IMG/VR virus record: IMGVR_UViG_3300034071_002561
From: an uncultured virus (IMG/VR IMGVR_UViG_3300034071_002561)
Taxonomy: Duplodnaviria > Heunggongvirae > Uroviricota > Caudoviricetes
Reading direction: 5' to 3' (one strand)
DNA: 64,000 bases
The first letter of the stretch is position 1, and each line of letters starts with the position of its first letter. Shown here piece after piece: positions 8,985 to 18,418 of the stretch. Both the position numbers and the translations under genes were made by a program. Below the pieces are notes generated by a model. The model made no database searches. It was not told the DNA's origin and saw only the letters and a list, made by a program, of their open reading frames with translations.

Positions 8985-9307
8985 TGAAAATTCTAGCTCT
9001 AACGATCCTTGCGGTATCGTTGGTTGGCTGTAGTTCTTCACCAAAGGTTTCAGCCAACAAGCCGCAGTACTGCTATACCAATCAAACCATTGTTACAGAA
9101 AATGGTGAGAGAGTTAACAGCCGTACCACTGTGGAATGCTCAGACGATCAAGTCAAGCGACTCACAGTGGCCAGAGTTGGAATAGGTTCTAACTGTGGAT
9201 ACTTTAATGGATGGATGAAGAAAGGTGGAACCGATGTTCAATACCGTGCGCTCAGTTGCCAGCTGCCTGATGGTAGTTGGGAAATTGTTGATACTCACGG
9301 CCAGTAG
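8981..9307 (+). CDS. Cys-rich lipoprotein
   Basis: Lipobox LVGC; ends CQLPDGSWEIV. Confidence 0.7.
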   Translation: MMKILALTILAVSLVGCSSSPKVSANKPQYCYTNQTIVTENGERVNSRTTVECSDDQVKRLTVARVGIGSNCGYFNGWMKKGGTDVQYRALSCQLPDGSWEIVDTHGQ

Positions 9308-9662
9308 TTCGGTACTGGCCAATGATCTAGAGAATCCCAGATTCTTTAACTACAGTTCTGCCGCTTGGTCTAATAGATTGGCAGACCTTACTTTTGGTTG
9401 GTTCAAGACTCTGGATGATGAACAAAAGACCGCTTATAATCAGGCCATACATCATGCAGTGATGTACGCAGACAATGGTGAAGTAGTGCGTTGGTACAAG
9501 AAAGATGCCAGCGGTATGGCTATGACATCTGCTACATGGCCCAGCGGTGCAGGCTACTGTCGTAGATTGCACGTACAGGCCATTGCCTACAATGTAGAAA
9601 AAACCATGAGAGCTACTGCGTGTTTTAACGACGTAGATAATCGGTGGACGTGGTCCAACTAA
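9234..9662 (+). CDS. 17-kDa surface antigen-like (RT0821/Lpp0805-like) secreted protein; start uncertain
   Basis: NGEVVRW...GYCRR...TAC...W pattern. Confidence 0.6.
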   Translation: MFNTVRSVASCLMVVGKLLILTASSSVLANDLENPRFFNYSSAAWSNRLADLTFGWFKTLDDEQKTAYNQAIHHAVMYADNGEVVRWYKKDASGMAMTSATWPSGAGYCRRLHVQAIAYNVEKTMRATACFNDVDNRWTWSN

Positions 9663-9672
9663 ATATTAGTTC

Positions 9673-11157
9673 ATGAGAATTCATACAAGCGACAAATTCA
9701 TTGCCTGGTCGGCCTTACTCAGCGGATTAACTGTATCCGCAGTGGCTATTTGGTATAGTGTGGCAGGACTAATGGCCATATTCTCGGCGGCAGTTATTCC
9801 TATTATCGTGATGGGTGTGGCCCTAGAAATCAGCAAACTGGCTGGCACCGTGTGGCTCAAACAAAACTGGTTTCGAGCACCATATTTTATTCGAGCCTAT
9901 CTGTTAGCTGCCATTGCCATTCTGATGTTGATCACTAGCATGGGCATCTTTGGGTTCCTATCAAAAGCACACAGTGATCAAAGTCTAGTATCAGGTGATG
10001 TACAGAGCAGGATCGCGATCTACGATGAAAAAATTCGAACAGCCAAGGATAATATAGATGCGAACCGTAAGGCGCTTAAACAGATGGATGAGGCTGTGGA
10101 CCAAGTCATGGGCCGAAGCCAAGATGAAAAGGGTGCTGACAAAGCAGTGGCAATTCGGAGAGGACAACAAAAAGAACGTACTCGTCTCCAATCTGAGATC
10201 ACTGCCGAACAGAAAATTATTAGTCAATTATCTGAAGAAAGGGCGCCTATTGCCGCTGAGGTACGTAAAGTTGAAGCAGAAGTAGGTCCAATCAAATATA
10301 TCGCTAATTTCATCTACGGCGATAATCCAGATGCCAACGTATTAGAAAAAGCAGTTACCTGGGTGATCATTATCATTGTCGTGGTGTTTGATCCACTGGC
10401 TGTTATTTTGTTATTGGCTAGCCAATATTCATTCCAGTGGTTCCGCAAACAGGAAGAAATCACGGAGGGTGACAGCCCTATAAGCAGTGTGTCCGTTGAT
10501 ACACCTACTGTCACAACTGAAGAGACAGAAAGAATAGATCCCCCACATCTAATGGCTAGTCCATATTGGCCGTTCCCAGTCAAAGCTGGGTCTGACCAAA
10601 TGGATCTGTTTGAAAACACAAAATATCAAGACAAGGCACAAGAAGCTCCTCATGATATCGCGGTGAAAGATGATGATGCTGGTATGGAATCTAGGCTGGA
10701 AGAATGGAACACCCTGATTGCCGAAGCTGAAAAAGCTGTGAATCAAGAACGTGAACTTGAAGATCAAGAATTATTAGAATCTGCTCCTCAGAATGAAAAG
10801 CAGGCCATGACTGCCTGGAAACATGATCATCCTGACATGAGTCTTAAATTACAAAGACGCCTTCTAGAAAAAGGAGTAATTGATCACCTGCCGTGGGAGG
10901 ACTATCTCAAACCTCGGGCAGATTTTCAAGACGCGGTCTCAGAGGCCAAGAAATGGGCAGAAGAAAATCCAGATATCGAAGAATCGGCCAAGGCCAAAGA
11001 ATGGGCTGAAGAAAAGGCTGATCCAGATACGTCTGTAAGCTGGATGGAACACGACGAACAAGGCAATCAGATAAAAAAAATCAAAGAAACCTACACACAA
11101 AACGCTGAACAGAATGAGCGCACTCTTTGGCAGAGAATACAAGAAATTAAAAAATGA
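9673..11157 (+). CDS. Membrane protein with coiled-coil and acidic C-terminal region
   Basis: N-terminal TMs, TSMGIFGFLSKAH, EVGPIKYIA, VFDPLAV. Confidence 0.7.
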   Translation: MRIHTSDKFIAWSALLSGLTVSAVAIWYSVAGLMAIFSAAVIPIIVMGVALEISKLAGTVWLKQNWFRAPYFIRAYLLAAIAILMLITSMGIFGFLSKAHSDQSLVSGDVQSRIAIYDEKIRTAKDNIDANRKALKQMDEAVDQVMGRSQDEKGADKAVAIRRGQQKERTRLQSEITAEQKIISQLSEERAPIAAEVRKVEAEVGPIKYIANFIYGDNPDANVLEKAVTWVIIIIVVVFDPLAVILLLASQYSFQWFRKQEEITEGDSPISSVSVDTPTVTTEETERIDPPHLMASPYWPFPVKAGSDQMDLFENTKYQDKAQEAPHDIAVKDDDAGMESRLEEWNTLIAEAEKAVNQERELEDQELLESAPQNEKQAMTAWKHDHPDMSLKLQRRLLEKGVIDHLPWEDYLKPRADFQDAVSEAKKWAEENPDIEESAKAKEWAEEKADPDTSVSWMEHDEQGNQIKKIKETYTQNAEQNERTLWQRIQEIKK

Positions 11158-11543
11158 CAGATAAGATACTGGTAGTAACTGCTCCAGATGACATACTGCA
11201 GAGTGGTATCAGAATTGCACACATTAATCTCTCTCAGCCACAATCTCAGATAATTTCACAGGCATTAATGCAGAGCACACTGCCACATATCATAATCAAC
11301 TACGTGTGGAATCAGGGAGATTCTAAACTGTGGTTGTTTGATAAGATTACAAAGACAGATTTAATACTGTTTAATGCTGAGTGTGATATAGAATCCTCAA
11401 TGTTAATTGGTTGGCTAAGTGCTGATCCGAGATCGTATTATTTTGGCGATCTTCGTGATTTAAACATCGTTAATGATCGTGTGCTATATAATAGTGATGA
11501 CATTTCAAAACTACTGGAGAAGACTTCGAAACCACATGGCTAA
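11154..11543 (+). CDS. Hypothetical protein
   Basis: ORF coupled to both neighbours. Confidence 0.6.
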   Translation: MTDKILVVTAPDDILQSGIRIAHINLSQPQSQIISQALMQSTLPHIIINYVWNQGDSKLWLFDKITKTDLILFNAECDIESSMLIGWLSADPRSYYFGDLRDLNIVNDRVLYNSDDISKLLEKTSKPHG

Positions 11544-11775
11544 AATCTACAATACACTCAAAGGCAACAGTGTTACTGTCAAAGAAAATGAGAACATAAA
11601 TCAAGCTCTGCGTAGATTCAAAAAGAAAGTAGATGAATCTGGCATGCTGGATACACTACGCACGAAAGAATTTTACGAAAAACCAACCACTGAACGCAAA
11701 CGCAAAAAAGGTGCTGCCAAAGCACGTTGGCGTAAAAAACTCCGCGATCAACAATTACCACCAAAACTTTATTAA
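11536..11775 (+). CDS. rpsU: Ribosomal protein bS21
   Basis: VTVKENENINQALRRFKKKV...EFYEKPTTERKRKKGAAKAR. Confidence 0.93.
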   Translation: MAKIYNTLKGNSVTVKENENINQALRRFKKKVDESGMLDTLRTKEFYEKPTTERKRKKGAAKARWRKKLRDQQLPPKLY

Positions 11776-11813
11776 TCATTGACCTAGAGTCAGAAAGGTA
11801 GTATAATAACTGT

Positions 11814-12395
11814 ATGAACACAGATATTATGATCGATTTAGAGACGCTTGACGTACTCCCCTCAGCAACTATTTTATCAATCGGAGCAGTTAAATTTGAT
11901 CCCTTTGGTGATGAAATTAATGAATCTTCTGCTATTAAATTCTACACCCGTGTAGACATTGACAGTTGCGATAGTATAGGAGCAACAGTTAGTCAAAGCA
12001 CACTGGATTGGTGGGCCAATCAAAGCAAAGAAGCACAAGAAGAAGCGTTTAATCCTGATGATAGGATTAACGTACATATTGCTCTTGACCAACTATATAA
12101 ATTCTGTTGGGGAGCCAAGCGTGTATGGAGTCACGGTGCTGGCTTTGACGTTACTATTCTAGAATGGTATTTCCGTAAAATTGGTAAAGCTATTCCTTGG
12201 CAGTTCTGGGAAGTTCGAGATACTCGCACAATCTTTGATGTAGGTATCAATCCCAATCGTCCTCCTGTGCTAAAACATCATGCACTGGAAGATGCATGGA
12301 ATCAGGCAGTGGGTGTACAAAATGTCTATAAAGCTCTGCGTACCAGTACAATGAGCAACGGTAATTATATTGCACCATTTGCAAATCAAAGGTAA
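11814..12395 (+). CDS. DEDDh 3'-5' exoribonuclease (Rv2179c/DUF5051-like)
   Basis: MIDLETL, WSHGAGFD, RDTRT, HHALEDA. Confidence 0.85.
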   Translation: MNTDIMIDLETLDVLPSATILSIGAVKFDPFGDEINESSAIKFYTRVDIDSCDSIGATVSQSTLDWWANQSKEAQEEAFNPDDRINVHIALDQLYKFCWGAKRVWSHGAGFDVTILEWYFRKIGKAIPWQFWEVRDTRTIFDVGINPNRPPVLKHHALEDAWNQAVGVQNVYKALRTSTMSNGNYIAPFANQR

Positions 12396-12398
12396 TAT

Positions 12399-12683
12399 AT
12401 GGACAGTCAGACAAAAGAAGTAATGGACATTCTACAAGAAGAATGTGCAGAAGTAATTCAAGCAGTAAGCAAAATCAGCCGCTTCGGTTTGGATAATTTC
12501 AAGCCAGGTAAACCTAAAACTAACAGGCAACACTTGGAAGAAGAGCTGGGCGATATGCTAGCTATGATTGATATCTTGCAGAGCATGGATATTGTTAGTT
12601 ACACTAACATAGAGCAAGCACAGGCAGCAAAAATTGAAAAATTGAAAAAATGGTCAAATATTCAGAATCTAGAGAATATCTGA
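12399..12683 (+). CDS. MazG-like NTP pyrophosphohydrolase
   Basis: LQEECAEVIQA...LEEELGD. Confidence 0.8.
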   Translation: MDSQTKEVMDILQEECAEVIQAVSKISRFGLDNFKPGKPKTNRQHLEEELGDMLAMIDILQSMDIVSYTNIEQAQAAKIEKLKKWSNIQNLENI

Positions 12684-12744
12684 TATAAATAAAATTGCAA
12701 ACTGCACCGTCAAGGGCGATTTGTAGAGCATAGTGCTCAAATAG

Positions 12745-12763
12745 ATCTTACTTTAAAGGAGAT
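12745..12763 (+). promoter_or_regulatory. ROSE-like RNA thermometer hairpin over the dnaK SD
   Basis: ATCTTACT-TTAA-AGGAGAT pairs with one bulged A. Confidence 0.5.
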
Positions 12764-12768
12764 AGAAC

Positions 12769-14673
12769 ATGTCTAAGATCATCGGTATTGACCTCGGCAC
12801 CACCAACTCATGCGTGGCTGTTATCGAGAATGGAAAATCCAAAGTTATTGAAAATTCAGAAGGTGCAAGAACTACACCCTCAATCGTGGCCTACACACAA
12901 GATGAAATCATCGTTGGCGCTTCAGCCAAGCGTCAGGCAGTAACAAATCCCAAAAACACAATCTATGCCAGCAAGCGATTGATTGGTCGCAAGTTCAAAG
13001 AACAGGCAGTGCAAAAAGATCTCGATCTAATGCCCTACGAGATCTATGAAAATTCTAATGGTGATGCGTGGGTTAGAGCACAGGGTAAAGAATTAGCACC
13101 ACCGCAGATTTCAGCAGAAGTTCTGCGCAAAATGAAACAGACCGCGGAGGATTATCTTGGTACAACAGTTACACAAGCAGTTATTACAGTGCCTGCGTAC
13201 TTTAACGACAGCCAAAGACAAGCTACTAAGGATGCTGGACAGATCGCAGGCTTGGAGGTACTCCGTATTATTAACGAGCCTACTGCGGCAGCTCTTGCTT
13301 ATGGTGTTGATAAAGCTGATAAGAAAGATAGGAAAATTGCTGTTTACGACCTTGGTGGCGGTACATTCGATGTTTCGATCATCGAGATAGCCAACGTTGA
13401 CGGCGACAAGCAGATCGAAGTACTAAGCACCAACGGTGACACATTCTTGGGTGGTGAAGACTTTGACCAACGCATCATGGATTTCTTGGTAGATGAGTTC
13501 AAGAAAGATCAAGGAGTGGATCTCAGCAAAGACATGTTGGCTCTGCAACGTTTGAAAGATGCTGCTGAAAAAGCCAAGATTGAATTATCAAGCTCAGCTC
13601 AGACAGACGTCAATCTTCCGTATGTCACAGCAGATGCCAGCGGTCCAAAACATCTGGCGATAAAATTAAGTCGTAGCAAACTAGAACAACTAGTTGCCGA
13701 ACTGATTACACGCTCATTAGAGCCATGCCGTATTGCTCTCAAAGATGCAGGCGTAAGTGCCTCAGATATCGACGAGGTTATCCTTGTTGGTGGTCAAACA
13801 CGCATGCCTAAGGTGCAAGAAGAAGTTGAAAAACTGTTTGGTAAAGCACCACGTAAAGATGTCAACCCAGACGAAGCCGTTGCAGTTGGTGCTGCTATTC
13901 AAGGTGCTGTGCTAGGTGGCGATCGTAATGACGTGCTGTTGTTAGACGTCACTCCACTCTCCTTGGGCATTGAAACCATGGGTGGCGTGATGTCAAAGAT
14001 CATTCAAAAGAATACAACTATCCCAACCAAGGGACAGCAGACATTCTCCACAGCAGAAGACAATCAACCCGCAGTAGATATCAAAGTATTCCAAGGGGAA
14101 CGTGAGCTTGTGCAATATAACAAGCTATTGGGCGAATTCAAACTTGACGGCATTGCACCTGCACGTAGAGGACAGCCACAGGTTGAAGTTACCTTTGACA
14201 TTGATGCCAACGGTATCATGCATATCTCTGCCAAAGACAAAGCCACAGGCAAAGAAAACAAGATCACTATTAAATCTAACAGCGGACTAACAGAAGCTGA
14301 AATTCAAGACATGATCAAAGATGCCGAATTAAATGCAGAAGCAGATAAAAAAGCACGTGAATTGATTGATGCAAGAAATTCAGCAGAGGCGCAGGTACAT
14401 GAAGTTAAAAAAGATCTTGAAGAATTCCGTGCAGAGCTCACAGAAGCAGAAATCACAGAAATTGAAACAGTGATCACTGCAGTTGAAACAGCAGCCAAAG
14501 GCGATGACACTGAAAAGATCACCGAAGAGCTTAATAAAGTTTTCCCGGCAATGAAAACATTGCTGGAAAAAAAGCAGGCTAAAGATCAGGCAACAGCACA
14601 AGCTGAAGCAGGACCTATGCCCGACCAAGATGATGTAGTTGATGCTACCTTCACAGAGAAGAAAGCAGACTAA
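12769..14673 (+). CDS. dnaK: Chaperone DnaK (Hsp70)
   Basis: [35 protein letters not shown]; full length, 634 aa. Confidence 0.98.
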   Translation: MSKIIGIDLGTTNSCVAVIENGKSKVIENSEGARTTPSIVAYTQDEIIVGASAKRQAVTNPKNTIYASKRLIGRKFKEQAVQKDLDLMPYEIYENSNGDAWVRAQGKELAPPQISAEVLRKMKQTAEDYLGTTVTQAVITVPAYFNDSQRQATKDAGQIAGLEVLRIINEPTAAALAYGVDKADKKDRKIAVYDLGGGTFDVSIIEIANVDGDKQIEVLSTNGDTFLGGEDFDQRIMDFLVDEFKKDQGVDLSKDMLALQRLKDAAEKAKIELSSSAQTDVNLPYVTADASGPKHLAIKLSRSKLEQLVAELITRSLEPCRIALKDAGVSASDIDEVILVGGQTRMPKVQEEVEKLFGKAPRKDVNPDEAVAVGAAIQGAVLGGDRNDVLLLDVTPLSLGIETMGGVMSKIIQKNTTIPTKGQQTFSTAEDNQPAVDIKVFQGERELVQYNKLLGEFKLDGIAPARRGQPQVEVTFDIDANGIMHISAKDKATGKENKITIKSNSGLTEAEIQDMIKDAELNAEADKKARELIDARNSAEAQVHEVKKDLEEFRAELTEAEITEIETVITAVETAAKGDDTEKITEELNKVFPAMKTLLEKKQAKDQATAQAEAGPMPDQDDVVDATFTEKKAD

Positions 14674-14681
14674 TCATAAAC

Positions 14682-14726
14682 AAGGGTACTTTCGAGGCCC
14701 TTATTGTTCTTACTTTAAAAGGAGAC
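14682..14726 (+). promoter_or_regulatory. ROSE-like RNA thermometer upstream of hsp20
   Basis: Hairpin AAGGGT...GCCCTT, then GTTCTTACT-TTAAA-AGGAGAC sequestering the SD. Confidence 0.6.
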
Positions 14727-14730
14727 TACT

Positions 14731-15165
14731 ATGAACAATCAATTAGCTAGAATAGATGCTCTAAACAGAGCACTTGTGGGATTTGACACGATGTTTGATC
14801 AAATGGAACGCAGATTTGCCAACAGTGTATCAAATAACTATCCTCCACATAATATAATAAAATTAGACGAAAACGAATATGCGATTCAACTAGCTGTGAC
14901 TGGTTTTGATAAGACCGAGATTTCAGTAACAGTTGAAAGCAACGTTCTTGTTGTTAAAGGGGAAAGCCAAACAACAGACTATGCAGCAGATCAGTACATG
15001 CATCGCGGTCTCGCAACTCGTGATTTTGTCAAAGAATTTCCTCTGGCAGAACACATCGAGGTGGTAGGTGCGGAAACCAAGAATGGCATGCTAACCGTGA
15101 AGTTGATTCGTAACATTCCAGAATCAGCCAAGCCTAAGGTCATTGACATTGTTGATGTAAAGTAG
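14731..15165 (+). CDS. ibpA: Small heat-shock protein (IbpA/Hsp20)
   Basis: NYPPHNI, YMHRGLATRDF, NGMLTVKL. Confidence 0.92.
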   Translation: MNNQLARIDALNRALVGFDTMFDQMERRFANSVSNNYPPHNIIKLDENEYAIQLAVTGFDKTEISVTVESNVLVVKGESQTTDYAADQYMHRGLATRDFVKEFPLAEHIEVVGAETKNGMLTVKLIRNIPESAKPKVIDIVDVK

Positions 15166-15173
15166 TATACTAC

Positions 15174-15194
15174 AAGAGAGGGAAACCTCTCTTG
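15174..15194 (+). terminator. Hairpin / probable terminator
   Basis: AAGAGAGG-GAAA-CCTCTCTT. Confidence 0.55.
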
Positions 15195-15224
15195 TTAAAT
15201 ACATCAATAAACCCAGGATCGTAA

Positions 15225-15524
15225 ATGTCTACAGAAATTGAAGTCAAAGAAAAAACCACAGTTCAGTTAGCTCCCCCGAGGTTGTGGAAGGTGATATTTC
15301 TCAATGACGATAAAACTCCTATGGAACTAGTCATAGAACTACTCACAGGTATTTTTAAACACACAGAATCCAAAGCCAAAGAAATCACTCTAGAGATACA
15401 CGAAACCGGTAGTTCTATAGTAGGCATATATCCTTTTGAGATAGCAGAGCAAAAAGGCATCGAAGCCACAACAATAGCAAGACAGAATGGTTCGCCATTG
15501 CGAATCTCAGTGGAGCAGGAATGA
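15225..15524 (+). CDS. clpS: ATP-dependent Clp protease adaptor ClpS
   Basis: WKVIFLNDDKTPMELV, LEIHETG, FEIAEQK, PLRISVE. Confidence 0.92.
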   Translation: MSTEIEVKEKTTVQLAPPRLWKVIFLNDDKTPMELVIELLTGIFKHTESKAKEITLEIHETGSSIVGIYPFEIAEQKGIEATTIARQNGSPLRISVEQE

Positions 15525-16066
15525 GCCTGAGAGAAATTACCAAAGATCTGCATCACGAAGCAGAAACAACAAAGTTTGCCAAGATATTACTCAGCGGCAA
15601 GATTGAAAAACAAGACTACAGAAACTATCTCTATAATCTTTTGGCCATATATGATCCAATTGAATGGTATAGCAAGCGTCAAGGATTTTTTGCTAACATG
15701 CATGATCTACCAAGACTTAAGGCCATCTATGCAGACTTCACAGAATTAGATGAATGTGAATACTACTATCTAACTCCTGCTACACTAGAATACCAAGCAT
15801 ACTTACACAGGTTAGGCAATGATCAAGAACGCAAACATCTTATTAAGGCGCATTTATACTGCCGTCATATGGGCGACTTGTTCGGTGGTCAAATCATTAA
15901 GAAACAGGTAGCACATATTTCAAGCGGCAAGTTCTACGAGTTCGAAAACGCAGATTCTATGAAGATGGCTATCAGAGAATTGCTCACTGACGATTTAGGA
16001 GACGAAGCTCGTTTAGCATTTGAATATGCTATTAAGATGATGCGGGACCTATATCGTGGAGAGTAA
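15521..16066 (+). CDS. hemO: Heme oxygenase (biliverdin-producing)
   Basis: LREITKDLHHEAE, AHLYCRHMGDLFGGQII. Confidence 0.9.
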   Translation: MSLREITKDLHHEAETTKFAKILLSGKIEKQDYRNYLYNLLAIYDPIEWYSKRQGFFANMHDLPRLKAIYADFTELDECEYYYLTPATLEYQAYLHRLGNDQERKHLIKAHLYCRHMGDLFGGQIIKKQVAHISSGKFYEFENADSMKMAIRELLTDDLGDEARLAFEYAIKMMRDLYRGE

Positions 16067-16739
16067 GGTTTGGGACACACTAATTGAGATCCAACATCTA
16101 CTGGAAGATAACTTCAGCCGTACGGGTCAAGAGATTGATGAGCCTGGAATGGAAAGATTTAATCAGCCTGGCTGGGTTAATCGTGTGTGGACTAGTGATC
16201 GGTATCGTCGTGCTCACGTTGATGTAGTAGACGCTAGAGAAACTAAAGGCTTGTGGATGATGCACTGTTGTATCTTCCCGCATACGCACAATCCTGCTCC
16301 AATTTACGGCTTTGATGTTATTGCCGGCAAGAATAAGATCACAGGCTGTTTCCACGATTACTCAAAAGCAGGCGATGCTGACCATCCTATGATGCAATGG
16401 TTTGCAGATGAAGTGGCCAAACTGGAATGGCGCAAACAACGTGCATTACCTGAATGGGCTACTAATATATTCAGTGGCAGCATGGTAGCTGCGGGCAATG
16501 TCAGTGATGAAGAAGAATTAGAACAGATCACAGATCTAGCTCGAACTACCATAGAACACTATCTAAGCACAGTAGCGGAAACTAATAATACCGCTGAAAA
16601 TACCACAGAAGCACAGAACTACTACGCACAAAATCAAAAATGTAACCCGCATACACCACGGGTGATGGTAAGTTTAGGGTTAAGTGAGGATGATGTTCAG
16701 CATTTTATCCAGGAATGCCTGTTTCCAGAAATCCGCTAA
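16056..16739 (+). CDS. Ferredoxin-dependent bilin reductase (PcyA/PcyX-like)
   Basis: YRRAHV, MHCCIFP, PIYGFDVI, RALPEWATNIFS, YAQNQKCNPHT, ECLFP; adjacent to heme oxygenase. Confidence 0.85.
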   Translation: MESKVWDTLIEIQHLLEDNFSRTGQEIDEPGMERFNQPGWVNRVWTSDRYRRAHVDVVDARETKGLWMMHCCIFPHTHNPAPIYGFDVIAGKNKITGCFHDYSKAGDADHPMMQWFADEVAKLEWRKQRALPEWATNIFSGSMVAAGNVSDEEELEQITDLARTTIEHYLSTVAETNNTAENTTEAQNYYAQNQKCNPHTPRVMVSLGLSEDDVQHFIQECLFPEIR

Positions 16740-16747
16740 ATAATTGT

Positions 16748-17842
16748 ATGAGAAAATATGAATTTATAGCAGAAAAAATTAGTGCGAAATCGGCGAGTAA
16801 TGCTGGAGATTCTAGTGCATTAACAAATGTTAAACAAGCAATCATTAATAAAATTGATGTAGTAACTGATATAGACGAACTACATCAGATTTATTCTTAT
16901 GTCCGTAAAATTGATATTGGTGGTGGTGTAGACACCATTCTACAAAAAGATGAAGATCTGCGACAAGTTCATACGGTTGTATCCAGAGCAATAATTGATG
17001 CCAAAGCACCCTACGAAGAAAAAGAAGGGTTTGCTATGGAACTGGCAACAAAAGGAATTATCAATATTAAAAAATTGTTATCCCCGGGTGTTTCACTAAA
17101 TCTCGAATCTATAATTCAAACACAATTTCCTAATGTGTATAAACAAGTTGCTCCAGAGCTGATTGCCATTCAAGGACTATTTAAAACAGGTAAAACAAAA
17201 ACACAAAAAGGTCCAGGCGAAATGTTTTTGGCTATCTGTAGTCCTAATATTATGTTAAGCAAAGATGCAGGTGATTTAGTAATAAATGGAAAATTAATCG
17301 AGGTGAAGGGCAATGGCGGAAGGATAAAGGGAGTGAGAGGATATGGAAACAGTTCCTCTACTCTAACCGCGGTAAAAACTTCAGCAGCAGCACTTCCTAA
17401 GAAACTTAAATTGAAAACAGCAATAAATGCACCATCGAATGTAAATGTAGGAAAAACTTCAGATTTTTGGACCAATTTCGGACCATCGTTAATCGCTGCA
17501 GGCGCACCGGCCGCCGGGGTAGTGAAATTTATTAGAACTTCTCTAAGTGGCATTATTAATTCAATCTATCTTGATGCTACTCCTGCAGAACTTCAACAGT
17601 TAGTAGCACCTGTTAATAATAAAGGTATGGTTTTATTCGATTCATTTATTGCCGCACAAAAAAGATACGCATTTGATTACTACAAAAAACATGACGAATT
17701 CAAGGGCATACTGTTCATAAATACAGGTTCTGGAACCACTATCTATATCGAAACTGCTGAACAATTCGCACAAACGATGATCATACAAAAAATAGGGCTT
17801 AATGGTGGTGCTCAAAATGGTATGCAGGTTAAGGTACCGTAA
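16748..17842 (+). CDS. Hypothetical protein with PD-(D/E)xK nuclease-like motif
   Basis: GPGE...GDLVINGKLIEVKG. Confidence 0.5.
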   Translation: MRKYEFIAEKISAKSASNAGDSSALTNVKQAIINKIDVVTDIDELHQIYSYVRKIDIGGGVDTILQKDEDLRQVHTVVSRAIIDAKAPYEEKEGFAMELATKGIINIKKLLSPGVSLNLESIIQTQFPNVYKQVAPELIAIQGLFKTGKTKTQKGPGEMFLAICSPNIMLSKDAGDLVINGKLIEVKGNGGRIKGVRGYGNSSSTLTAVKTSAAALPKKLKLKTAINAPSNVNVGKTSDFWTNFGPSLIAAGAPAAGVVKFIRTSLSGIINSIYLDATPAELQQLVAPVNNKGMVLFDSFIAAQKRYAFDYYKKHDEFKGILFINTGSGTTIYIETAEQFAQTMIIQKIGLNGGAQNGMQVKVP

Positions 17843-17899
17843 TTAATTACCTTTTTAATCTAGATTAAACTCGTCACATAATTCTTCATCCTCACCGTG

Positions 17900-17936
17900 T
17901 AAATACTAATAGTAACTACCGGGAGCGAATCGATGG
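17900..17936 (+). promoter_or_regulatory. TAAATA late-type promoter plus conserved leader (inverted copy at 27778-27811)
   Basis: TAAATACTA...CCGGGAGCGAATCGATGG. Confidence 0.65.
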
Positions 17937-18415
17937 TTAAGTCTACAACCACCGCCGTGTTGATTATTGCATCATCAATGGTCGGCGCAGCAGAATTACA
18001 ACACAGTTTTAATAGTCCATCCTTTTCAGGCATTGGCTACAGTTCACACGTACTCACAATACATCAACTAGAAACACAGGCCAGAGACAAAAACAAAAAC
18101 GCCGCCGATGCACTTAAAGCAAAAGCAGAAAGCGATGCATTAAACACTCCACAGGCCAAGTTTCAAGCCAACTTGGAAAGCCGTATCTATTCACAGTTGG
18201 CAAAACAGATCACAGATAGTCTGTTTGGAGTCGACGGAGTGCCGGTGTGTTCAGCCAATAGTGCAGGAAATTGCGGACAAATGGAAGTTGCAGGCAACAA
18301 CATCACGTGGAAAGTAGTAGGAACTAACATTGTTGTTAGAATTGAAAACGTCTTGGATCCTAGGCAGTTTACAGAAATTACAGTGCCAAGTGGTACGTTT
18401 GGATTTGGGGGATAA
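17933..18415 (+). CDS. csgF: Curli assembly protein CsgF-like
   Basis: Signal peptide, then ELQHSFNSPSFSG; F..NLESRIYSQLAKQI; TEITVP. Confidence 0.85.
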   Translation: MVKSTTTAVLIIASSMVGAAELQHSFNSPSFSGIGYSSHVLTIHQLETQARDKNKNAADALKAKAESDALNTPQAKFQANLESRIYSQLAKQITDSLFGVDGVPVCSANSAGNCGQMEVAGNNITWKVVGTNIVVRIENVLDPRQFTEITVPSGTFGFGG

Positions 18416-18418
18416 GCA

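Noticed and set aside
16748..17842. Mobile homing endonuclease or restriction enzyme call
   Set aside because: Only a short PD-(D/E)xK-like motif; no intron, partner methyltransferase or flanking repeats, so left as hypothetical
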